From positions 744,001 to 808,000 of the forward strand of contig JBLDXI010000074.1 in the NCBI GenBank assembly GCA_047495785.1: 64,000 nucleotides of DNA, in the 5' to 3' direction. Origin of the DNA: Lepidodermella squamata. Lineage: Eukaryota; Animalia; Gastrotricha. Positions 23,945-35,800 of this stretch are shown here, piece after piece. Numbering within the stretch: position 1 is the first letter of the stretch; each line of letters begins with the position of its first letter. A program made the translations under genes and the position numbers. The notes under the pieces were generated by a model that made no database searches, was not told the DNA's origin, and was given only the letters and a program-made list of their open reading frames with translations.

Positions 23945-26533
23945 ATGGCGATTTTTATAGTTGCGGCAACTGGTGCCTCCATAATCGTCGCATTCTACCT
24001 GTATCGAAAATTGATCGCGCTCAATTTCTGGAAAAGCCAGGGAGTTCCTGGCCCAACACCTCACTGGCTCGGCGGTAACTTGAAGGAATTCGGCGATCCG
24101 AAATCTCGCTATTTGATCAATAACAAATGGATGAAGCAGTACGGCAAAACGTTCGGATACTTTTTTGGCTCAACGCCAATTTTATGCTCAAGCGATTTAA
24201 ACATCGTCGACCGCGTTCTAACGAAACAATTCGAAGATTTTCATGCTCGAACCCTGCCACCAGGGGATGAAGACCCGGAGAAAACGAAAAACCCCGTTAC
24301 TATTGCTAGAGCTCGTGGTGAGCGTTGGAAGCGGTTGAGAGCAATTTGTGCCCCTTCGTTCACACCGGCGAAGCTCAAATCTATGGTTCCTATGATGAAT
24401 CAATGCATCGATGAATTCTTGGATATGCTTGAACGCAAATCGGCGAGTGGCAAGGCTTTCGACTTATTACCGCTCTTCCGGTTACTTACATTAGACGTAA
24501 TCGCGTTAACGGCGCTTGGCTTCCAAGCTGATGGCTCGAAAAACCACGGAAAAGCGCCCAATAAAATACTGGAAGTCTTGGAGAAGTTTATGGAAGGATT
24601 CTACTTGAGGTCTATCGTTTACAAACTTGCGATGATGTTACCTGAGGCGATCAGCGTATTGAGTCCATTAGAGCGGCTCCGTGCGCGGATTTTCGGCTCT
24701 GGGGTCATGTATTATGTGAAAAGGTTGGATGAAATTGTTATGCAAGTTATCGAAGCCAGGCGGAATGATGGCAGTTTGAAGCGCCAGGATTTGTTGCAGT
24801 CGATGCTCGATTGTGAGGAATCTGTTTGCGACGCCGCACAGTTGAGCAATTATCGAGGACTAACTGTACCCGAAGTCATCGGCCAAGCTGTGACCTTTAT
24901 GATTGCAGGATACGAAGTAAGTCATCCATTTCATGAAAGGCTATTAGGAACTCCAACGTGCATATTTATTTGCAAGTCAGAAAAGGACTTTAGTTCCATT
25001 TTGGCGATTTAGGATTACGATGCTTTTGCAGAGAGATTAGGATGAAAGTTTTAGTTGAGTTAGGGTATAGGGTGTTCAAATTCAACCTGAATTCGACAAT
25101 TATGTTTAGGGTCGTGTTACTTTTGACTCTTAAGGTCTTCCTCAGAGTTAGGATCGGGGTTATGGATAGGGTAAGGCTAGCATTATGGGTATAGCTGGGG
25201 TTGTAGTTAGGGTCAGGGTTAGGATTGGGGATTAAGGTTAAGGCTAGGGTTATGAATGACCTTGGTGTTAAATTCTGGACCCCTTAGTTTCGTGGAACCT
25301 TAGCACTCCCATAAGGATTTTCAACCGTTATTCCTGGAAGGTTCTAATATGAGTTTCGTGTTCCGTTGTGAAAGATCTTTTTGAGGCACTAATGCCTAGG
25401 GTTCAGGTGTCAGAATTAAGAGATCGGAGGGTTAGTAAAGGATGTTGAGAACTAAACTTATCGGGAACCTTTCAATTTCCCTCGTTGCATATGTTAGCTA
25501 GCTGCTATTCATTATAATTGTTAATGAATTCAATGAATTACAGTCTCTAATTCCTTGTTGTTTATGTTCATGATAGACCTCGAGCAACACCCTGGCCTTT
25601 CTCAGCCATGTACTTGCCAGCAATCCTGAGGTTCAAGACAAACTGATCGCCGAAATCGACCAGCATTTCGCCGACCCTAAAAAGCAGCCTGACGCCGAAA
25701 ACGTCATGCCGATGAAGTACCTTGATGCCGTTGTTAATGAAACCTTGCGAATGTATCCTGTTGCATATGTCACGGCTCGGGCCTGTACTCATGAAACTAA
25801 CCTCGCCGGTATTCACGTGGCGGAGGGCGCTGTTGTTATGGTTGATATCTACTCGATTCATCGCGATAAAGACTACTGGGGCCCGGTGGATGTTGACAAA
25901 TTCTACCCGGAACGCTTCCTTGATGACTACCCAACTACGGCAACTAGACCGGAACTGGTAAGTAATGCTATTTTTACGCTTTTGATTAACAAATTGCAGA
26001 AAACTGGATAGATGTAGAATAGATGTTGAAGTACATTGATGTTGGGAAGTTGGGAACGCAGAGGAATATGCTGGATAGGGAGGGGAGTGGAGGGGAGGGA
26101 GTGAGTGAGACAGAGAGAGTAGGGAAAGGAAAGGAAAGGAAAGCGAGTTAGGGGAAAGAGCTTGGGAAACGCAGCATAGGGTTTCATAAGGAAGGAATTG
26201 GTCAACCAGGGAGGGAAGCAAAGGGAAGTTTTACTGAAAGACTGAATGAGACAGAATTGTGTAGGATAAGAAGACCTAAGGATCGTTAAACTTATTCATT
26301 TTAATGCGCACTTAACCTATTTTATCTTTCAGGCCTTCCTGCCATTTGGAGGCGGCAATAGGATCTGCATCGGCTGGCGTTTCGCACTACTTGAAATGAA
26401 GCTCGCCGTCGTGTCATTTCTCAGACGTTTCCGCATCGTGAAACCCGCTGAAACTGGCGACGAACTAGAATTATCGGCATCTATCCTCCTAAACCCATCT
26501 AACGGCGTTTGGGTAAAGCTGGAACGAAGATAA
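23945..26533 (+). CDS. Cytochrome P450, clan-3-like; exons 23945-24916, 25577-25957, 26333-26533
   Basis: N-terminal anchor and PGP hinge, WKRLR (WxxxR), AGYE|TS I-helix, ETLR, PERF, and the heme motif FGGGNRICIG. Confidence 0.93.
25055..25255 (+). repeat. Degenerate TTAGGG-like tract in P450 intron 1
   Basis: GTTAGGGTCAGGGTTAGGATTGGGGATTAAGGTTAAGGCTAGGGTTA and similar variants. Confidence 0.6.
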
Positions 26534-26786
26534 ACATCTATCTTTAAGTAATTCTATCCTGATTATTTGTTCTTTGTTTTCATGTATATGTTGTCGAACC
26601 TGCGCTTTTTTTATTACAACATGTATTAACGCAAAGCAAGCCATTCCAGTTGAATTTTGTTATTGCTTCGATGATAAAAATAATCGCAACAATCAAGCAA
26701 TCAATTGTTGTATTGGATTTAAAGCGTGTTTTTGGCACAACCTCATTCGGAATTTTGTTAATGGTGATGATGAGACGCTGTTGTTT

Positions 26787-27716
26787 TTAATGGCGTTCCA
26801 TGTGGAAATCTCGCGAATCCATCTCGTTGGCAAGACGCTTTAATAAAAAATATATAAATTCAACTGCATTTCGTTTAATTTATTGACTTACCACAGCAGA
26901 GCAGCTATTTATTTGGTGCGTGGAGAGACATTAATTCAACTTAAAAATTTAAATAAAAATCGAAACTTACAATCCGCACCTGAAATTAGGAAATTTATAT
27001 TTAATTTGATATGGCTATATTTAGCGGAATGAAATTGCTTACCAGCAGTATAAGCAGGCTTCTTCGCACATGGTTTGCCTAATACCGACCAATGTTCGGA
27101 ATCTGTGTTTATAGAGGCATCAGAAATATTTTCAAAAATGCTGGTTCCGATTTCATCTAATTGTTTACCGAACGTTGAGCGGGACGATGCCAAAGAGGCA
27201 GCAATAGCACGCGTTCTCACCCAACCGAGTCGAAGCCTTGTACGCCAAGTAGCATGGGCAGAAGTAGCCGATGACGCAGTTCATAGGGTGCCTAGCAGTT
27301 CATAAGGAATTATTAATAGGAATAGGAATAGGAATAAGAATAGGAATAGAAATAGGAATAGGAATAGGAATAGGAATAGGAATAGGAATAGGAATAGGAA
27401 TAGGAATAGGAATAGGAATAGGAATAGGGATTAGGAATTGAAATTAGGAAAAAGCAATAGGAAATCGTATTTAGACTTACGCGCAAAGCTCACAGATGCC
27501 ATGTCGCCAGACTTCGTTCTCGGCGCGTGCCGGCTGTTGCATGACGACGACAGTTGGCTGGGGCTGTTGAACGTGAACGACAGTCGGCTGGCCGCTGTAG
27601 CTGACGGCAGGCTGAGGAGCTGGGTATCCGGGCTGACCGGCCGGTTGGTAGCCCGGCTGGGCTGGTGGGTAGGCAGGCGGGTACTGCTGCTGTCCGGCAT
27701 ACTTTTCGTCAGACAT
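26787..27716 (-). CDS. PLAC8/cornifelin-family Cys-rich protein (copy 1); six exons including microexons 26979-26971 and 26904-26892
   Basis: P/Q/Y-rich N-terminus, WRHGICELCA|HPMNCVIGYFCPCYL..RLGEN..CC, then EEACLYCW|CGF|CSAV|RLANEM. Confidence 0.85.
27317..27430 (+). repeat. (GGAATA)n hexanucleotide microsatellite in PLAC8 copy 1 intron 1
   Basis: Long near-perfect run of GGAATA units. Confidence 0.95.
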
Positions 27717-28367
27717 TTTAATCCGCTTTTTCCTTCACTCGCTAAATATATACGTGAAAATAAAATATTAAAATAATAAAATATTGTTGAAAAAAATAAA
27801 GGATGACATAGGAATATTTGCTAAATGCTAAATTGAACACTTGAATCCTTCTTTCTAATAATCCTTGGATTAGTATTAGAATATTTTGATCATTCGGAAA
27901 CAAAGGTAATTGACTGCTTATGATAATATTATGGGTTCAAGGTTCTACAATTGGACTTATAAAGGGCGGGGAAAAGGCACGGCAGACTGCCCACAAAGCA
28001 CACATATAAATAAGTCGTCCGCTCCAATGTTTTTATTGAGTAGGTGTGGAGGTAATCTCGCGATATTGGGCGAGGCCAGCGAAAAAAACGAACATATGCG
28101 AGGTTGATAAGGCGGTTTAAGGCCTTATCACAGCGCCTTATTTTGCCATTAATAATGATCTGATAGTTGAATCCACAGAGTATAGTTGCATGAGATACTA
28201 TCAATTTAGCGACAAACCCTGCCGTGGAGTCGGCTTTTATCTCCTTGATATTTATTATTTTTATCTCATTCCCGACGTCTCGGACAGTGTTAATCAGTGG
28301 TTAAAGTTCGAGGGCAGTTGATGAATGGGTTTGTGTAAACAATATTGTCGTCTATTATATCTGATTG

Positions 28368-30190
28368 TCAGGTTCCAGTTACCAGCTTTATCCATGATCG
28401 TACCGCGCACACTCGGCTGTAAAAAGTCAAAACATCCTCTGAAAAAAAATAGAAAAATAAACATGAAGGATTTTATAACGCAAAAAATTACTCAAATATT
28501 TAAGAAATTTTGAATTTATAAACTATTTGAAAAATTGAAATTTTTTTGAAATTCATTTAGTTATTTCGATCGAAGTTGAGGAAGGGTTTTTCATTTTAGC
28601 AGCTATACCTTTTGCACAACCACCTGAAGAATGGGACGCCAAGCCACACAGCTAGAAATTGGAAATCTAGCTGAAGATATTAGCTAAAATTTATTGAATA
28701 AATCTATACCTGGAAATAGCCATTTTTAGCCACTACCAAAGCTCCACCACTATCGCCCTATCAGACGGAAAAAAAATAAAAAAATTGAAAGATTATTATT
28801 TGAGTCGCGAACGAAGCAGCTATCTGCGCCAGGTGAACTGTAACCAGCGCAAATCATGCGTGACGAAGCTGCAGCGTAGCCAATTTTAAGCAGCGCACAG
28901 TTCAGCGGCGAAGAAATCGGAAGTTTTGCTTTTCGAAGCACTTGAGATATCGATCCATCGCTTGAGATTCGACCCCATCCTTCACAAATTAATTTGAATT
29001 GAATTCGTTGAATAAATTTCTATCGAACCTGAAACATATCCCGTATCACCTTCAAGGCTATAAAAAAATAAAAATAAAAAATATAATTCACGAATAATTT
29101 AATTTAATTACCAGCTTTCAAAACATGAGTCTGGTAAGCAAATCGGTTGCGCCGCCCATGTAGTAAGGTCGGCACTTGGGGACACTTTGATCAACGCGAA
29201 GTCAAAGTCGAATGTTGACGGTTGATAGCTAGGGTGAGGAATTATGGCAATACCTCGCCGTGAGAATTCGCCCGATTCAATAATTGACGAGTTGTGGTCA
29301 CCGTAGGTAATTGAAGCTAAGTAAAACCCGTTCTCGCTGCCTTTCACGCAATGCGCTGCTGTTAGGATCCAATTTTCTGAAAAAAATTGAAATTGGAAAA
29401 ATTGAAATTGAAAATGTTAAAAATTAAATGAAAAAAATAAGAAAAAATTGGAATAGAATCTAAATTTCAATCTGGAATATTTTTTAACGAAATTGTGAAC
29501 ATTTCAATTTCAATTTTTCAATTTTTTTGAAAAATGAGAAAAAGTTTAATTTCGAAAAGTTTTTCAAACAAATTTCAAAGATATTTTCCTATTCTATTTG
29601 ACGAAATGGTTAAATGAATTTTACCATTAATGATGACGCCCCCGCAGAGTGCGATGTCTAAAACAGTAGTCATTTCAAGCCTGACCTGCCACGGGAATTC
29701 ATTCGGCAGCGCTTCAACGCCGTTAACAATGCCGGCCGAGCTGCGTCGCACACTTTCGCCGTCATTCCAGTAGACAGAGTGACCACAACTCGCTAATTTG
29801 CCGCCCTTGCCATCGCGAGGCTGCGGGCTAGGGCCTGATTTTGGTAATATGTTATACTGACTCGGCGGTGTGATTGTTGACGGCGATCGAAGAGGCAATC
29901 GGCCGTAAAAACAGCCATCGATAAAATCGATCAAATACATTATCGGAAAAATTGGAATTATCGATTTCATCGGAATTTAAAAAACAAATGTTAAAATTAT
30001 CCAGTTTTTCGGGTTTCGGTAGTTTGCAGCCAGGTGCGAGCCATTTACTGCTGAGATTAATTAACTTGATAGCGCGATAAAGCATGCTTTTGTTGTTGCA
30101 GTTAATTACATCGGTTACACCGGTGCGCAATTGACAGCCTGCTGGAACCGTACCAAAACTCGGTGTATCATTTGTTGGCCACCGTTCATT
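28368..30190 (-). CDS. Trypsin-family (S1) serine protease, multi-exon; 5' end uncertain
   Basis: IVNGVEA.PNEFPWQV, CGG, WILTAAHC, DFDFALIK, PICLP, GWG, DSCF|GDSGG, FYSRV..WI. The catalytic triad is intact. Confidence 0.88.
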
Positions 30191-31137
30191 GTGTTTTTTG
30201 ACAAATTTAAAAATTCAACTTTATTCAAGCAAAACATTTATGAATTCCATTGGTAAACTCTAAATTCACCGTTCCTGCCTATTACAATTCCTCAACATTT
30301 ACGAATTATGAAGTTTATTCACTTATTTTAATTTTAATTTAGTAAATTTTCAAAAATCCTGGAAAGATTAAAAAGTTAAGGAGTTCGAGTGGTTGCTCGT
30401 TAATTTTATGCCTAAATTATGGACCACGAGTATGCGCACCGATCGCTAATCGCTACGTTCTCTATTATTTTTTCTAAAAAATCAAGTATCGCTCCAATTA
30501 CCATGGACCTTGGATACAGCGTATCCCATAAGTAGCGCACGTAAAGTCGCATCTCATGGCAAGGAAAAAAAATGGAAAAATTAAAAAAATCACTAAAATA
30601 GTAATGAAGTATCTCACTTGTTATTTGGATTAAAGAAATTCGGAGAAATTTGCCCCAACCGGGTAAAATACCGAAAATTACCGAACCAGTTACCATCGGG
30701 GTTTTCCGGGTTTCTCCGGTACATTTTCGGATATGGAATGGAAGATGGAATGTTCTCTCGGTAGGTTTAATTGTCTAACAAAATCAGTTGTATTTCCTAC
30801 AAGACACGCTGGGACACGCTGTAAGCAATTCGAAAGCTGAAAAGGAGAATTTCCAACAATAACTTTCATCTCTCGGCGTTGCAAAGCTATTTCCAAAATG
30901 TTACCCTGGTTTTTCGAATAAATATTAAATATAAATATATGTAGAAAACGAGTTTTTATTTGCATACCCTAGGCATATCCTAAGTTTCAATAATAAAATC
31001 AATTATTACAAAAAAATCCCAAAACGGCCGAGTTTTTAGCATTGGTGAGTAAAGAGAAAACAATAGTGATATCAGCAGTCAAATTTCAAGAGTTAGTCAA
31101 TTCCAACCCGATTCCAACTATAAGAAGCCGAATTCGT

Positions 31138-31646
31138 TCAATCGTGAGCTCCGTGAGCCTCCGCCTTGCTTTCAAACAGCTGCGCCTTCAGCTCCGTTAT
31201 GGCGGTTCGCATCTCGGCGCCTTGGGTAAGTGAGCGTTCGAGGGCAGAGTTCATGTTCTCGAAAGAAGATTTCAGGTCGGCTGCAGCGTTTGCCAATTCC
31301 GAAATTTGCCGCTGCGTCGTTTCTTGAGCGGCCAGCCCGGCGTGAATCGCCTCGACCAAGTTCGTGAGAGCTCCCGTTACGCGCTGCGACATATACGTAG
31401 TAAGCGATGAGTCGGGGGCAGCTTAAAAAGTTATATCAAATTGTGATGATTCTGACAAACTGAATGTTCGTTGTTTTATACCTGTTTGCAGCGGAGCCAT
31501 TTGAAAGGCGATGCAAATTAGCGTCGCCACTTCGCTCGCATCACCGGGATTAGCCGTAAAATCAGGCAGATTTAGTTCCATGACGTTCGCAGCAGCTACG
31601 CGGAACGCCTCGTAATTCGGCTCGTACGTCAACGTCCATAGTGTCC
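31138..31646 (-). CDS. Hypothetical coiled-coil protein (two or more exons)
   Basis: A GT-AG intron at about 31422-31481 joins two ORFs in frame. The C-terminus is heptad-rich. Confidence 0.45.
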
Positions 31647-32820
31647 TGATAATTAAAAAGGATTTAAGCGAATTAGGAATCATTAACATCAACATGGCTT
31701 CGGCCAACCCTAACCAGATTTTAAACAACCAGCCACGCCTTTCAACTCCTTAGATTCCAGAATCTCTTTCAGGCATTTTCAGAATAATTTAGAATTTTAG
31801 AATAAAAGTAAATCGAGTTAGCTTATGAGCAAATTTTACTATAACTGAAATATTGAACGTACCAATTCAAGGATAAAATGCGAAAGAACAGCAGAAGAGC
31901 GCGCGAAGTACGAAAACAAACACGACGTTGAAATAGTTAAATGGTTAAAATAAATCAAATCGGTAAAATTATCGATATAAAATCACGATGTTATGCTCGC
32001 GATCGTAGTTTTCGTGAAACTGAAAACTCAATTGGGGGTTATTTTGGAAGCCGTCATCGTGGTAAAGTCGGCTCTATCGATAAAGGCAGCTTTATCTGGC
32101 AAAAAAACGCCTGGCCATTTTTAAATTGCTCATCATTAGTCGTGACCTACTTTTTGGCAGCCTATTTTATTGCTATGATTTGTTATACAATTAGGTCAAC
32201 AAGTGCGTTATTCAGGTCAAAACGCTCGATTTCGGACAAAAATCGGCCGTTAAAGTCAACTTGATCGGCCGTTTTCCACTTTGAGCATCGATGGCTAGGT
32301 AATGGTTGGAAATTAGCACATGGGATTTCGTGAGCTTATTCATATATGGGTTCGGACAGCTTTTGGTCAGAAAATGAAAATTCAAATGCTTATTCAGGTA
32401 ACCTTTTGCCCTAAAGAACACCGCATGTTCGAACGCATAGAAAGGGGGGCTATTTACAAAAGTCATAATAAATCTTTCGTGAAATTAAATAAAGCTGCCG
32501 AAATTCCTGAATTGAGTTTACGTTATTTTGTTAATATTTTTCAATTTTTTGTATTCCATTTTTCATCCACCTTTTTCCATATGCATCGAGCTGAGACGTC
32601 ATGACTTTTCCTTATTTTTCAGAGTAATTTTCAATTTTCGAGCCATATGTTTGAATTTAACCAAGTCGCGAGTGCCATTTGTTAGGCACGCGATTGAAAA
32701 ATTGAGCTCTTTAAAATTCAGTTTGTTAAATTTTCAATTCATTAATTTTAACAACACACTCGAACACACATTGCTCTACATCACATTTTTCTACCTATAC
32801 ACACATTTTACTACACTACA

Positions 32821-35800
32821 ATGAAAATTTTCGACAGTCGCAGTATATTGTGGCTATTGTTTTTTGTTGTTCTGTCAACCTCGGCCGCTTTCTCCGACTG
32901 GTGGTCATCCTGGAGCGGTCCAAACGACGATGAACTTTCGACTACAACGCGAAAACCTGTGAAACTCACGAAATCGAAACCTACAAAATCTACCTCGACG
33001 TCCACTACTACGACGACGGCTATGCCATCTGCGACCGCGCCTTTGTTTCCCGATTCTGCTGATTTTCCGAATGATGACGAGCCGAAAAAGATTTTCGAGC
33101 CAGCGAATTCGGCCGATTTGCAAAAGCTGGATAAGCCTAAGGTCATAATCGATATTCCAGTCGATGGCGGTGAATTGAAGCGTGACTTGGCTAATTTCGT
33201 TTCGGATTCGATCAGCGACCAAAATCAGCCAACCTCGACCTTGGTTCACTCAACCGTGACCTTGGATCTGACTACTGAGTCTTCAACTGGAACCACTTTG
33301 GTACCAAATTCCGGCGACGAATTGCCTTTGACTTCTGAAACTTCGCCAACTTCGAAAAAACTATCTGATACTCGAAATTCTGAACCAGATGAAGGTGAAA
33401 CTGACGCGGCTAAAGTAGTTGAAGTTCAAGAATTTTCCGGTAAATTAGGCGTGGCGATGGCCGATTCAGACAACGAGACATCGACTTCTCTCGCATTTTC
33501 GACAACTTCGGAAAAGGTTCCAGTTGAACTTGGATCTTCAACTTCGGGTCCGAGTTCAGTCTCCAACACAACAATTGTTGCCAGTAGTTCGTTTGTCTCA
33601 ACTTCGAAACAGGTTCCAGTTGAGCTTGGAAGTTCGACATTGAGTTTAATTTTGGTCATCAACACCTCTTCAACTACTGATAAGCCAAGTTATTCAACTT
33701 TCTCAACTTCGAAAAAGGTTCCAGACCAGCTATCAACCGATCCAGCTCATCGCTTCCGTGTTCAATCTTACGATGAAGATGACGATGAAACTACGACTAC
33801 AGGTTCTAGCTTCGCCACTAATGGAACTACTTCGGTTCCAACTACAGTCCGGTTGGTTACTAATTCGACTTTTTCGAGCAAGAAAGAATTCTCGACCACG
33901 TCAAATCCAATTTCTATCACTACTATTGGGTTGAAAAATGTTACTGATACTGGGTTTACTGCGACCACTGTGGGTTCAACGGCCTTCAAGAGTTCCACTA
34001 CTACACAGGCTTCGACGACTAAGTCTCTTGGCGATCTTTTGAAGGAAGCACTGGCTTCAGATTATCTCTCTGATAAGGATTACCTCGATTCTTCGAATTC
34101 ATCTATGCCAAGTTCAACCTTGCTTCCTACAACAACCAAGGCGGTGGAAACAACAATTTTGCCCCGAAATGCAACGACAACCATCTCCGGTATTTCAGCC
34201 TCGGATTTGACCACTAGGAAGGTTGAATTAGAAACAACCGTGGATCCATCTAGAACTAGTACAAAGCTGGTTTCGATTGCTGTTGCTTCGGCGAATGCTT
34301 TCAACGAATCTAGTGCTACATTGGAAACAACAACGGGAGTCTCCAAATTCGATCTTGGCAATACAACGATGAGGCTGAATTCCACTACGGCCCGCATCTT
34401 GTTCGAAGCAACTACCAAATCGGCTATTTTGACTAGCTCTACTTCGAAAATAAATGTTTCGAGCTCAACTGTAGCTAGTACCAAGTCGGAATCGAATGCT
34501 ACAACCAAGCTGGTTCCAATTGAAGATTTGGAAAACCCGGGTGTTATGAGCCTTGAAAGATTGTTTGCGACAAAAGCTGAAGCTGGGAATGCAACAAGTA
34601 CGAACGCCACTACGACACAGAAGATTGACACGACTTCTACTGCTACTTCTTCGAATGCTTCGAACCTTACTATTGCTACGACTGTTTATTACGGGACAAA
34701 GACTTCGACTGGAGGTTCGACCACAGTATTGCCCAATAATACTACCAGCCAAGTTCGAACTTCAACCTCGATGGTTGATGGTCGTGTTGAGCTTGGAAAT
34801 GAGTCTACTACACCTAGGTTCCAAACAACAACCAGCAAAGTTATTGTTTCAGCTTCAAATCAGGCTGATGGTGTCATGGTTCGATCGGGTGATGTGTCCA
34901 CTGCCGCTTCTTCAACCACGACAAGTAAAGCTGGTACTTCTATTGGTAGATTCGACGATCGTGTAACTAAAACCGAATCTGTTTCCTCGACAACAAGCAA
35001 AGTCCAAGGATCGAATCAGGAACGTCCATCGAGCTTAATTGATAGTTCCCAAGCTGGTACCAAGTTAGCGCCCGAGCCCACAACGCCGGCCACAGCTTCA
35101 ACTAGAGTGCTCTCGACCTCGACCACTGGTTTGACAGTGAAATCCGAAAATCTCGAGTTCAAGTCGGTTGGTACCACGCCGGAACCGGTAGCTAAAACTG
35201 ATGTTCCAATCAGCAGCTCAACTAGTCAACGGATTAATACTCCCGAGGCCGAGTTTCCCAGTTCCACTGTGGTTTCGAGTGGTACCAAACTGGCTTCTAT
35301 CTCTCAAGCCGGGACCACAGCAGATTCTGCCTCGACCGCAACCTCGAAGCAAAGCTCAACAGAAGGTCCCAAGGTCCGATTTGAGGTTCCTGATGTTCTA
35401 TCAACATCTGTTCCTACCCGTCAAGCTGGTGGCAACTCGAATTCCGAATCTACCACAACTTCGAATTTTATTACAGCTTCTACTTCGAAATTAGTTCCTA
35501 GTTCTACAGAAGGTTCCAAGGTTCGATTTGAAGCTCCTGAGGTTCAATCAACCTCATCTATTGGTACCAAGTTGGAGCCGGCAGTCACTACTACTTCTCA
35601 ATTTGTCGAGTCGAAGATCGAGATGACTAGTTCCACTACGTTGTCAAGCAGTACCAAGCTGGTACCAACTCCGGTTATCGTGGTTTCAGGCCGAAAATCT
35701 GCCGGAGCGTTGTTTGGAGGCAGTGATTTCGATGATAAGCCAGGAGTTCAAAAAGGCGATCGTCACCTTGATAGGCTGATTCTATCCGGAACCACAAAGG

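Noticed and set aside
25568-26221. 217-aa minus-strand ORF
   Set aside because: It is antisense to P450 exon 2 plus a low-complexity intron tract and has no recognisable motifs.
15151-30190. RiPP-like biosynthetic cluster (repeat precursor plus P450, transporter and protease)
   Set aside because: The neighbours are ordinary animal gene families, and a microsomal P450 faces the cytosol whereas the precursor is luminal. Proximity is the only support.
30407-30977. Possible TA-flanked MITE (TGCCTA...TAGGCA)
   Set aside because: The inverted match is only about 6-8 bp, too short to support a call.
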